DNA of 64,000 nucleotides, taken from NCBI GenBank assembly GCA_963790025.1, contig CAWBMP010000003.1:160001-224000 (forward strand). The letters are read 5' to 3'. Position numbers and translations under genes: made by a program. The DNA is from Nitrospirota bacterium (lineage in GTDB: Bacteria > Nitrospirota > Thermodesulfovibrionia > Thermodesulfovibrionales > Dissulfurispiraceae). Under the pieces are notes generated by a model. The model had not been told where the DNA came from, ran no database searches, and worked only from the letters and a program-made list of their open reading frames with translations. This document shows positions 46,098-55,392 of this stretch, piece after piece. The first letter of the stretch is position 1. Every line of letters begins with the position of its first letter.

Positions 46098-47359
46098 TAC
46101 CTGAGAATCCCGATCACGGCCCCAGTCATGCACGTGGCGAGCGTTCCGGCAATGAGAGACCTGATTCCAAGTCCCACGATCTCGGTGCGGCGCTCAGGTA
46201 CCATGCTGCCGAGCCCGCCGATAAGTATGCCGAGACTGCCGAAATTTGCGAAGCTGCTCAGGGCATAGGTCATGATCAATCTGGACCGGGGACTGAGTGC
46301 TTCAGGCGGAAGCTTGGCCAGATCCAGAAAGGCAAGCAGTTCATTAAGAATTGTCTTCGTGCCCATCAGGGACCCTGCAGTTTGCGCCTCTGACCATGGA
46401 ATGCCGAAAAGCCAGACAACAGGGGCCATAACGAAGCCCAACAATCGCTGCAATGTAACAGGTTCGCCTGCTATGGCCGGCAGGAGACCGAGCACAACAT
46501 TAACAAAATGGACCAGCGCAACCATGACTACCAGCATTGCAACTATGTTTAAAAGAAGCTGGAGGGCATCGATTGTACCTTTCACAATTGCATCCATAGC
46601 GCTTGTGGCCGTTTGACGCGGTATTAGAGAGCCGTTAGTTTGATTTCCGCACTCCGGCACCATGATGCGCGCTATCGTGATCGCCGCCGCCACATGTATA
46701 AAGGAAGCGGTGAGAATATTTCCAAGAGGATCGGGAATAACTCCTTGCAGAATGGTTGAATATAAAACCATTACTGTTCCGGCTATACAGGCCATTCCGC
46801 ATACCATCAGGGAGAAAATCTCGCTCCTTGTCATTTCCTGCAAATACGGCTTTATAACCAGGGGGGACTCCACCATCCCCAAAAAAATCGTTGTCGAAGC
46901 CCCGAGTCCCAGGGCGCCGCCGATATTCAGCGTCTTTTGCAGCACCACCGAAAATGCCCTGACAATATACGGCATAATTTTCCAGTAGAAGAAAAGGGAC
47001 GAAAGAGCTCCAATCACCAATACCAGTGGAAGCGCCTGAAACGCCAGGACGAAGGTAGCGACCGGATCCTTGACAAAAAACGGCGGAGCAGCGCCGCCGA
47101 TATAACCAAACACGAATGAAGTTCCTGCCCTGGTGGATTCCTCAAGGGAAAGGACCAACCCGTTTAGAAACAGGAAAAAACTTTTGAAGAACGGGACGTA
47201 AAGCAGGAGTGCCGCAATACTTATCTGAACAATAATTCCGGCAAGCACTCCCCGGTAATTGACCTTCCCCCTGTTTTCGCTGATAGTCCAGGCAATGCAT
47301 GTAAGTACCAGCAGCCCGGCCATTCCCTGAAAGTGCATCAGCCGCTCCTCGTCGATCAC
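46097..47359 (-). CDS. concentrative nucleoside transporter (NupC/CNT)
   Basis: FVFG, FLGMVESP, GTKTILNE, FANFGSLGI. Confidence 0.92.
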   Translation of the reverse strand: MIDEERLMHFQGMAGLLVLTCIAWTISENRGKVNYRGVLAGIIVQISIAALLLYVPFFKSFFLFLNGLVLSLEESTRAGTSFVFGYIGGAAPPFFVKDPVATFVLAFQALPLVLVIGALSSLFFYWKIMPYIVRAFSVVLQKTLNIGGALGLGASTTIFLGMVESPLVIKPYLQEMTRSEIFSLMVCGMACIAGTVMVLYSTILQGVIPDPLGNILTASFIHVAAAITIARIMVPECGNQTNGSLIPRQTATSAMDAIVKGTIDALQLLLNIVAMLVVMVALVHFVNVVLGLLPAIAGEPVTLQRLLGFVMAPVVWLFGIPWSEAQTAGSLMGTKTILNELLAFLDLAKLPPEALSPRSRLIMTYALSSFANFGSLGILIGGLGSMVPERRTEIVGLGIRSLIAGTLATCMTGAVIGILR

Positions 47360-47470
47360 AATATTATTCTCGGATAGCGCTGATTATTTTACCATGTCAG
47401 CTTTTTTTCCGTACAATGAGCACGCGGCGCAGAGGACTACTTCACCAGGTCTTTCAGATTGGAGCAGGGG

Positions 47471-48148
47471 TTAGACGAACTCTATCCCTGCCCTGAACAT
47501 ATTATTATCTATCAGAACTGTGTTCCTGACGAAGCCCGCCACATAATCGATTCCATCCATGATTGCATCGAAGCTGATCAAAGAGCCGGGTTTGACCGGG
47601 TAAGCGGTATTAATGCCCATTCCTGCCTTGCTCACATCAACTATATACCCGTTGTGATAGAGTATTTCAATATCATCCGGGCAGTTTACCCTGAACATGA
47701 TCGCCTTGAAACATGCCGTGCGCTCAATGCGCCTCCACTCATTTACAGGTGGTATGGTACCGGCGGCGGAATCAGGGAAGGCCATGCCGTTTTCCATGAG
47801 TTGTTGTGTGATTGCTTTTACATATGCCAGTTCAAAGGGTTTGGGAATGAAAAGATAGGAATTTTTTTCTATCAGTTCCTTTGTTGCATCGTCAATGCAT
47901 GAGGCTGACATAACGAGTATCTTGGATTCAGGAGAGTGTTGTTTGATTTTCAGCATCACATCGAGGCCGTTCATATCCGGGAGACGCAAATCGAGAAAAC
48001 AGAGCTGATAAAAACAGCGGCGGCTCTCTTCTACGGCATCAGAGCCATTGTTGACGGTTTTTACTTCCAATCCATCGCCCTTGAGCGCCTTTGCCAACGA
48101 AAAGAGAATCAGCGGCTCGTCATCTACTATCAATATCTTCTTCATCAC
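47471..48148 (-). CDS. response regulator with C-terminal PilZ domain
   Basis: ILIVDDE...LDLRLPD...KPF receiver; RRIER (RxxxR) and DVSKAG (DxSxxG) PilZ motifs. Confidence 0.8.
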   Translation of the reverse strand: MMKKILIVDDEPLILFSLAKALKGDGLEVKTVNNGSDAVEESRRCFYQLCFLDLRLPDMNGLDVMLKIKQHSPESKILVMSASCIDDATKELIEKNSYLFIPKPFELAYVKAITQQLMENGMAFPDSAAGTIPPVNEWRRIERTACFKAIMFRVNCPDDIEILYHNGYIVDVSKAGMGINTAYPVKPGSLISFDAIMDGIDYVAGFVRNTVLIDNNMFRAGIEFV

Positions 48149-48398
48149 GGTTTATTAATGCAAGTGTGATACCGCATTTGCCGGGAGGTCCAATACTTGC
48201 ATAATGCTACTGAAATTCGTTGTTTATAAATGAGTTCCAGTGACGGTTGCCTTTTGAAGCGGCTAACTGCGGTGCTACGAATATGGTCAAATAGCTATAT
48301 GCTCCTGTGATATGACCTATTGGCATCACTTCTTTTGTCTGTTTTTTTTGTGTTAAAATAGAATCGCGTTTAAAGACGAAGTTTAGCAGGAGTTTATT

Positions 48399-49751
48399 GT
48401 GCAAGAAAAAAACCGGAAAAAGATATCGTGTGTTCAGTGCATCATGGGAATAGTTTTACTCTTGACAATGTTAGTTGCTTCAGGCGCTAAAGTCTTTGCT
48501 GAAGAGGGCTGCGTAACTGGAAAATGCCACACTTCGATAACATCGGGGGCGGTCGTGCACGCTGTGGCCTCGTCCTGTGATTCCTGCCATGAAGCGGTCA
48601 GCAAGCAGCATCCGCAAAAATCGGTAAAGACATTCAAGCTTGTGCAGGAACCACCCGGGCTCTGCGCAACATGCCATGCGCCGTTCGGCTCCAAAAAATA
48701 TGTCCATACCGCGGTTAAAAACGGCATGTGCACCTCGTGCCATGACCCGCACTCCTCCGCCCAGCAGAAGCTGCTTGTGAAAAAGCCGGACGAACTTTGC
48801 GGAATGTGCCATCCGGACAAGACGGAGTTCAAATATATGCACGGACCGGCAGCGGCCGGCGATTGTTTGATGTGCCACAATCCGCATGAATCCGACAATA
48901 AAGCGCAGACCGTGAAATCCGGCGCCGACATATGCTTCAGCTGCCACGTAGATATGCAAAAAGAATTGAAAAAGGCGCACGTCCACCCTGCAATGGAAAA
49001 CGGCTGTACCTCCTGTCACAATCCGCACGGCTCCTCATTCAGAAAGTTTTTCGCCGCGGAAGGCAACGAACTTTGCTTCCAGTGCCATCCGGAGATCGAA
49101 GAAAAGATAAAAGGGGCGGCGATCGTGCATGCTCCCATAAAGAGCGCATCGGGTTGCGTTTCGTGCCATTCTCCGCATGCAAGCGATGCAGAAAAGCTCC
49201 TTCCGAAATCTGGCAAGGATTTATGCCTTTCGTGCCACACCAAGCTGCTGAAAAAAACAGACACGGTGCTTCACGGTCCTATTAAAGAGGGCAAATGCAC
49301 GCCCTGCCATGATCCGCACGGGTCTGTTAATGCAAGGCTTCTGATAAAGGAGTTCCCAACGGACATGTACGTGCCGTACACCGAGAATGAGTATGCTCTC
49401 TGTTTCTCCTGCCACAAAAGGGACCTCCTTCTCTTTCCCGAGACCTCTTTTGCCACGGGCTTCAGGGACGGTGACAGAAACCTCCATTATCTCCATGTGA
49501 ACAGGAAGGAAAAAGGCAGGAGTTGCGTGATATGCCATGCGCTTCACGGAGGCACACTGCCGAAGTTGATAAACGAGAATGCCAAGTTCGGGAATTGGAA
49601 CTTGCCAATCAAATTTGAGAAAACGGAAAACGGAGGGGGTTGTTCTCCGGGATGCCATAGTCCGTTCGGCTATGACAGGAAGAATCCGGTAAAAGGAGGT
49701 CAGCCGGTGCCGACAAAAGAGAAAGAAAAGGAAAAAGGGAAAAAACAGTAA
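48399..49751 (+). CDS. periplasmic multiheme cytochrome c (13 CxxCH, 1 CX4CH, 1 CX3CH; paired-CxxCH family)
   Basis: Signal peptide, repeated CxxCHxPH...LCxxCH units; AGGAG RBS. Confidence 0.92.
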   Translation: MQEKNRKKISCVQCIMGIVLLLTMLVASGAKVFAEEGCVTGKCHTSITSGAVVHAVASSCDSCHEAVSKQHPQKSVKTFKLVQEPPGLCATCHAPFGSKKYVHTAVKNGMCTSCHDPHSSAQQKLLVKKPDELCGMCHPDKTEFKYMHGPAAAGDCLMCHNPHESDNKAQTVKSGADICFSCHVDMQKELKKAHVHPAMENGCTSCHNPHGSSFRKFFAAEGNELCFQCHPEIEEKIKGAAIVHAPIKSASGCVSCHSPHASDAEKLLPKSGKDLCLSCHTKLLKKTDTVLHGPIKEGKCTPCHDPHGSVNARLLIKEFPTDMYVPYTENEYALCFSCHKRDLLLFPETSFATGFRDGDRNLHYLHVNRKEKGRSCVICHALHGGTLPKLINENAKFGNWNLPIKFEKTENGGGCSPGCHSPFGYDRKNPVKGGQPVPTKEKEKEKGKKQ

Positions 49752-50335
49752 TGGAACAGCACCAGTCAAACGAAACGGTTGAACGGTCTTATCCTTACCG
49801 GGTCGCGGTCCAATGCACGGTCACCTTTCTGTCCGGGCTGCTCCTGACCTCGCTTGTCATCTGGCTTTATTCCTACAGGGTACCGGCTGCGTCCTATGCG
49901 GAGAATTACAAAATTCTTTCGCAGCTCAGAAACGAGATTGTCTGCTCATCGCTTGTTATTTACACGGTAACGTCACTCTTCATTATTGGAAGTATCGCTG
50001 TACTTTCCCTGCTTTATTCCCATAGAGTAGCGGGTCCGCTCTATAAACTCGGCTTGTTCGTGCGCAAGACAGCTCTTGGAGATTTTACCGGGAGCGTAAC
50101 ATTCAGGCAGACGGACGTTATTCATCCGCTTGCCGAGGATGTCAATGAACTCATCGCTTTCTACCGTGCAACAGTTACTCAACTGGAAACCAAGGCACAT
50201 GAACTGGACAGCGCCGCCCGGGTGATAAGCGACGCCGCCCTGCCGCCCTCCCGCGATGAACTGCAGAAGGTGATCGTTGATATCTGCGGAAAAGCCGATG
50301 AAATCGGGGACATACTGAGCCATTTCAGGTTATGA
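49751..50335 (+). CDS. 2-TM HAMP-domain membrane protein without a signalling domain
   Basis: Two TM helices, SHRVAGPL...GDF HAMP domain, short coiled coil. Confidence 0.75.
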   Translation: MEQHQSNETVERSYPYRVAVQCTVTFLSGLLLTSLVIWLYSYRVPAASYAENYKILSQLRNEIVCSSLVIYTVTSLFIIGSIAVLSLLYSHRVAGPLYKLGLFVRKTALGDFTGSVTFRQTDVIHPLAEDVNELIAFYRATVTQLETKAHELDSAARVISDAALPPSRDELQKVIVDICGKADEIGDILSHFRL

Positions 50336-51150
50336 GCCGCGAGAAAGTTCTTTTCCTGACTTTTTTGCTGCTCTCTGGTGCATTAGTTTATAGTATGGGA
50401 AAAGACCCGCATTCATTCCCGCAGTCTGAATGTTTGAATTGCCATTCAGTGGACGCGTCCGGAACGGTCGCCAAACATACGAGGGAGCCTGTTACAATAG
50501 TCTGTAAAAAATGCCATGAAGACGTTTTTTCAAAAGGGTACATTCACCCCGTTAACGTCCGGCCCGGTTCTGTTAAAGTTCCCAGAGACATGCCGCTATC
50601 TGCATCCGGTGAAATCACTTGCAGCACATGCCATAATATGCACACGCCGGGTCTTACGCCGTTCGGAACAAAATCATACTATCTGCGGCGCTTTGAATCC
50701 GGGAAAAAATTCTGCGAGGCGTGTCACAAGAGAGGGCCCGGAACAGAATCACACCAGGCGGCCCTTGGGGAGGCCCACTTCAGCGCAAAATATATTATTA
50801 CCGACCCTTCGCAAAAGCTAGATTCCATGTCGAAGGACTGCATCTCCTGCCACGACGGTTCATTCTCGTCATCGGTCATGGCCGCAGGGACGTGGCAGCA
50901 TGGCAGGGACTTCTTAAGGTTCGACAAGGGAGGGCATCCCATCGGTGTCGATTATGAAGAGGCAAGGACACGTAGAGGGTCGAAGTCGGACCTTAAGCCT
51001 ATCGGTGCGGTTGACCGTCGGCTGCGTTTTTTTAACGGCAGGGTCGGGTGCGGTACCTGTCACAATCCCTACTCGACAATAGAAAAACAACTTGTGATGA
51101 GCGACAGGGAAAGCAGGCTCTGCTTTTCATGCCATTCCATGGGGAGGTAG
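50332..51150 (+). CDS. heptaheme cytochrome c
   Basis: CLNCH, CKKCH, CSTCH, CEACH, CISCH, CGTCH, CFSCH; signal peptide. Confidence 0.9.
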   Translation: MSREKVLFLTFLLLSGALVYSMGKDPHSFPQSECLNCHSVDASGTVAKHTREPVTIVCKKCHEDVFSKGYIHPVNVRPGSVKVPRDMPLSASGEITCSTCHNMHTPGLTPFGTKSYYLRRFESGKKFCEACHKRGPGTESHQAALGEAHFSAKYIITDPSQKLDSMSKDCISCHDGSFSSSVMAAGTWQHGRDFLRFDKGGHPIGVDYEEARTRRGSKSDLKPIGAVDRRLRFFNGRVGCGTCHNPYSTIEKQLVMSDRESRLCFSCHSMGR

Positions 51151-51152
51151 CG

Positions 51153-51731
51153 ATGGACAAAGGATATAAAAGAAGGCATTATTTCATCAATAAGGATTTT
51201 CAGGGGAAATTCATTATACAGCTTCTGGCGATATCGTCTGTGGGCAGCATTTTTGCCGTATTGCTTTTCATTTTCTTTGCCAACAGGAAGATAGACAGCT
51301 TGCTCTATTCGATGATGATCCCCTCCTCCATATTCAGGGGCAATATCCTGCTGAAGGAGGCCCTTTGGGCCAATGGCATCGCAGTGGTCATCATTGCAAT
51401 CATATTTATGGCTGTCGTGAGGAGGATTTTAGGGAAAATTACCGGTCCTCTGCATGATATCAGGAACGGTATAGTAAATATCGGCAGCGGCAATCTGACG
51501 TCCAGGATTGTCCTGCGCAGTAAAGATGAATTCCAGGACTTTGCGGACGGAGTGAACAACCTAAGCACTGAGATCCATAGCAGGTTCTCCGCAATTGACA
51601 GGAGGGCGGAAAAGATCGCCGCACTGGCGGAAGAGCTTGGGAAGTTTGGTGATGCTGAAAGCGAACGCATTGCCGGTTTGATGAGGGAGATAAGCGAGCT
51701 CGATCAGGAAATAGGAGCGTTCAGGAAATGA
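51153..51731 (+). CDS. 2-TM HAMP-domain membrane protein without a signalling domain
   Basis: GGGGAGG RBS, RRHYFINKDFQ N-terminus, two TM helices, ITGPL...GNL...DEF HAMP. Confidence 0.8.
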   Translation: MDKGYKRRHYFINKDFQGKFIIQLLAISSVGSIFAVLLFIFFANRKIDSLLYSMMIPSSIFRGNILLKEALWANGIAVVIIAIIFMAVVRRILGKITGPLHDIRNGIVNIGSGNLTSRIVLRSKDEFQDFADGVNNLSTEIHSRFSAIDRRAEKIAALAEELGKFGDAESERIAGLMREISELDQEIGAFRK

Positions 51732-52147
51732 CTGCTGAAAAGTCAAAGGGCGCAGGGCACATGGCGGCAGTGTCATTTTTTCTGGTCTTTGCCTTTACCT
51801 TTTTCCCTGCAACCCTTTATGCGGTCCATGATACTATTGAGGCGATGCGGTGCCTCGATTGCCATTTACGGCTTCCTTTTGATGAAAACCGGGCGTACCT
51901 GTTCAATGAAGAAATTGCCGCGGTTTGCAATACATGCCATAAGCGTTTTGTGCATACACATCCTGTCGAAATCATTCCTTCGATGTCGATTCCCCCTGAT
52001 ATGCCGCTTGACGGCAAAGGGAGGATGACCTGTATAACCTGCCACTTATTTCATAGCCGCGATATCCCTGCGGACGGGGAAAAGACATTTCTTCTGAGAC
52101 ACGAAAATGGAAAAACGTTTTGCTGCATCTGCCATACGAAATTGTAA
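51728..52147 (+). CDS. small tetraheme cytochrome c
   Basis: CLDCH, CNTCH, CITCH, CCICH; signal peptide. Confidence 0.88.
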   Translation: MTAEKSKGAGHMAAVSFFLVFAFTFFPATLYAVHDTIEAMRCLDCHLRLPFDENRAYLFNEEIAAVCNTCHKRFVHTHPVEIIPSMSIPPDMPLDGKGRMTCITCHLFHSRDIPADGEKTFLLRHENGKTFCCICHTKL

Positions 52148-52178
52148 AAAGGCGGGCGGGACGTCCCGCCTGCCTTTT
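52146..52178. terminator. bidirectional intrinsic terminator
   Basis: AAAAAGGCGGGCGGGACGTCCCGCCTGCCTTTT between convergent genes. Confidence 0.8.
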
Positions 52179-52705
52179 GCGCTCATATCAACCTTATGTT
52201 GCTAGTTGGAAGAGCTGATAGCTACTCCTGTTACTGCGCCGGTTGTCACCGGAACAGTGGCCGCCGGGTTTGCAAATGTATACCCCGACTTGGTCACCGT
52301 AATAGTATAGGTGCCTGGCACTACGTTTGTGAAGGTGAAGGCCCCACTGGCGTTGGTGCTGGTGATACCCTTGGTCACGCCACTGAGCTTAAGGGTAAGA
52401 GATGCTGCCGAAAGCGGGGTGCCCGCCAGGTTAGTCACTGTGCCGCTGACCGTGTATTTGGCCGGCACCGTTACTGTCTGGCTGGAGGTTGCACTTATGC
52501 CTGAAACAGTAGCCGTGTCAATAATATTAAAGGTGTTGTTTGTAGTATAGGTGTGGGTAAACACACCGCCTGCACTGCCTGTTGAAAGACCAGTGCCGTC
52601 ACCCCAGTTGATGGATACCGAGGAACCTGAGGTTGAGCTGTCTGTCAGGGTAACGGTCGAGCCGGTTACACTGAGAGCAAAGTTGTCGGTGGGCGGGATG
52701 TTCAC
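52146..52705. repeat. ~560-bp near-identical direct repeat, copy A (terminator plus C-terminal domains)
   Basis: Matches 54833-55392 at offset 2687, with about 15 mismatches by eye. Confidence 0.92.
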
Positions 52706-54763
52706 TGTTACGGCTTTAGTTATCGATTCGGGCCGTAGTTCTGCACCGTTGGTGTTTGTGACGGTCAGAGTAACAGAATAGGGATTTACACCGAAGGATG
52801 CAGAGGTATAGCTATGGTTGATCTTGATGCTGTTGCTGTTGTCGGTTGCGCCGTCCCCAAAGACCCAACTATAGGTACAGATGCCGCCGACAGGGCAGAC
52901 AGTAGATGAGGCATCGAAGCTGACGGTATTGGTGCTGCCTGACTGCGCCCAGGTAAAGTTAGGCGTCGGGAAAGTAAGGTGGATGTTGTTTGCATCTCCC
53001 GCAAGCTCGATCTTTGCTTTGTATGGAGCATTGCTTTGCGTAGGATTCATGGTTACGACAGCATTATTTACCGTTGATCCCGCAGCATCGACCAGCGTGA
53101 TTGTATTGCCCGATACCGCAGCTATGTACGTGAAAAGATCGGCTCCTCCACCCCCGGCCCCGGCTATCTTGATCCTTTGTCCTTCGCCAAGACCTGTTCC
53201 GTTGGCAACGGTTAGAGTGACAGGGTTAGAAAGCGTCAGGGAGCCGTTCGTAGTAATCTGAGCTGTCCCGCCTCCGTGGCACTGACCGCAGGCCAGATCC
53301 AAATCCACCCAAACCGAATTCTTGCCGGGAAACGTGCTGCCGTCATCAGCAGTGTTGGGAAATATCTGCCCTCCGTTAAATTGGGAGGGTGCAGGGAAAG
53401 TAGTATAGGCTGCACTGACACTGATCCTGAAGAGGTGCAATCTGACAGCTTTGCCGTTGTTGGGCCTCACCATGTGGCAGACTTCGCACGAATTACTGTA
53501 AAGCGACGTATCAAACGGTGTGCCGGCCGACTGCGGATGGGCGGTATTGGACACAACGATTTCAGTATGACAAACGTCACATGTGACCAGTATCGGCTGG
53601 GCGCCGGTTGCAGCCTTGACAGCATCCACAGTCGATTGGTGCGGGTCATGGCATGCAGCAGTACAGCCCAGATTGTTATAGCCGTCATTGAACTGGCTGG
53701 CATAGTAAGCCGGATTGTTTATCTGACCGGTGTTTGTCAGTCCGTTGTTGTTCTGTCCTGCAGTGCCGGAGAACCTGCCATGCGGGCTGTTCAGAAACTC
53801 CTGGGTCACCGGGTAGCCGGCAAAAGCAGGCACATACACCCCATTATTGCCGACAGGCAGGTAGAGAGCAGGAGAAAAGTTGTTGGGTGTTGCAGGGTTG
53901 CCGGCCATATCAACGGTATTCTGGCCGGGCGGGTTCTGGTGGCAGTTATAGCAAAGCGCTGTACCGTCCTGGTTTGAGGGGCCGGGGGCGAAATCGACAT
54001 CATCGCCCGAGTATTGCGGCGTCACATCATGACAGCGTGTACAGGTAACTCCGTCAAACACCCATGAATTGCCCGTATAGCCAATCTGAGAAGAGACGGT
54101 AGGACCGGGCTGAGCAGCTGTCAGCAATAAAGGGTCCGGGTTGGATTTCAGAATGCCCGGCCTCGGGTTGTAGAGAAAGGTATTGGCTACAGTGATATTG
54201 TTGGTGGGGCTATTGTATGGAACGAAGGCAGTTGCCGTAACTGCGCCATAGCCTGTAGTGTGGCACTTTGCACACGTATACCCGCTTCCTGGTTGTGTAC
54301 CCTGTGAGTTCAGATATGATCCGTAGATAACATTTGGATTGGCAGCCGTTGACATCCAATCGCCATAAATATAATATAGCGGGGCTTTTGACCCGTCAGC
54401 CATGGTAAGCAATCCATTAAAAAAGTCTATTGCCCTCCCCGACGTGTCGGTCTGATATACCTGCCCGCCTGCCCCTACCCAGTATGCTGCCGACACGCCT
54501 GCCGTGACCTTACGCAGCACGTTCTTGTGTCCTGTCAGGAGATAGCCGGTTTTGTCCGAATCAGGCATTATGTTAGGATTATGGCAGGCCAAACATTGTT
54601 TGTTTGCAGCAGAGGCTTGCGACCAATCCCATCCGCCGTTGCCGTTCGGAACGGCGCCGTCGCCTACGAATGACCACGCCCCGGCAGTGTGAGGCAACAT
54701 AAGAAGCAACAGTGTGAATGCAATCAGCAATAATAGAACATAAGCACTGGTTTTTCGAATCAT
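52202..54763 (-). CDS. secreted octaheme cytochrome c (7 CxxCH, 1 CX3CH) with PKD and carboxypeptidase-regulatory-like C-terminal domains
   Basis: Signal peptide, GAGGAGG RBS, heme motifs, W.FGDG and WGDG PKD motifs, G.F.F..V.PGTY.I.V.K.GY tail. Confidence 0.85.
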   Translation of the reverse strand: MIRKTSAYVLLLLIAFTLLLLMLPHTAGAWSFVGDGAVPNGNGGWDWSQASAANKQCLACHNPNIMPDSDKTGYLLTGHKNVLRKVTAGVSAAYWVGAGGQVYQTDTSGRAIDFFNGLLTMADGSKAPLYYIYGDWMSTAANPNVIYGSYLNSQGTQPGSGYTCAKCHTTGYGAVTATAFVPYNSPTNNITVANTFLYNPRPGILKSNPDPLLLTAAQPGPTVSSQIGYTGNSWVFDGVTCTRCHDVTPQYSGDDVDFAPGPSNQDGTALCYNCHQNPPGQNTVDMAGNPATPNNFSPALYLPVGNNGVYVPAFAGYPVTQEFLNSPHGRFSGTAGQNNNGLTNTGQINNPAYYASQFNDGYNNLGCTAACHDPHQSTVDAVKAATGAQPILVTCDVCHTEIVVSNTAHPQSAGTPFDTSLYSNSCEVCHMVRPNNGKAVRLHLFRISVSAAYTTFPAPSQFNGGQIFPNTADDGSTFPGKNSVWVDLDLACGQCHGGGTAQITTNGSLTLSNPVTLTVANGTGLGEGQRIKIAGAGGGGADLFTYIAAVSGNTITLVDAAGSTVNNAVVTMNPTQSNAPYKAKIELAGDANNIHLTFPTPNFTWAQSGSTNTVSFDASSTVCPVGGICTYSWVFGDGATDNSNSIKINHSYTSASFGVNPYSVTLTVTNTNGAELRPESITKAVTVNIPPTDNFALSVTGSTVTLTDSSTSGSSVSINWGDGTGLSTGSAGGVFTHTYTTNNTFNIIDTATVSGISATSSQTVTVPAKYTVSGTVTNLAGTPLSAASLTLKLSGVTKGITSTNASGAFTFTNVVPGTYTITVTKSGYTFANPAATVPVTTGAVTGVAISSSN

Positions 54764-54832
54764 TCGGGTAACCCTCCTCGAACGTTTTACGAAGTATCGC
54801 GTTGTCGAACTTTGCTCACTATTCCAGTATGC

Positions 54833-54866
54833 AAAAAGGCAGGCGGGACGTCCCGCCTGCCTTTTG
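54833..54866 (-). terminator. intrinsic terminator after the large octaheme gene
   Basis: Perfect stem AAAAGGCAGGCGGGAC/GTCCCGCCTGCCTTTT. Confidence 0.8.
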
Positions 54867-55392
54867 CGCTCATATCAACCTTGTGTTGCTAGTTGGAAGA
54901 GCTGATAGCTACTCCTGTTACTGCGCCGGTTGTCACCGGAACAGTGGCCGCCGGGTTTGCAAATGTATACCCCGACTTGGTCACCGTAATAGTATAGGTG
55001 CCTGGCACTACGTTTGTGAAGGTGAAGGCCCCACTGGCGTTGGTGCTGGTGATACCCTTGGTCACGCCACTGAGCTTAAGGGTAAGAGATGCTGCCGAAA
55101 GCGGGGTGCCAGCCAGGTTAGTCACTGTGCCGCTGACCGCGTATTTGGCCGGCACCGTTACCTTCTGGCTGGAGGTTGCGCTTATGCCCGAAACAGTAGC
55201 GGTGTCAACAATCGTAAAGGTGTTGTTTGTAGTATAGGTGTGGGTAAACACACCGCCTGCACTGCCTGTTGAAAGACCGGTGCCGTCACCCCAGTTGATG
55301 GATACCGAGGAACCTGAGGTTGAGCTGTCTGTCAGGGTAACGGTCGAGCCGGTTACACTGAGAGCAAAGTTGTCGGTGGGAGCGATGTTCAC
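54833..55392. repeat. ~560-bp near-identical direct repeat, copy B
   Basis: Matches 52146-52705. Confidence 0.92.

Noticed and set aside
48159..48174. sigma54-like CGGTATCACACTTGCA upstream of the receiver-PilZ gene
   Set aside because: Weak -24 element that would put the TSS at the start codon; not enough support.
52146..55392. Diversity-generating retroelement template/variable repeat pair
   Set aside because: Both copies are coding, mismatches are not confined to adenines, and there is no reverse transcriptase in the window.
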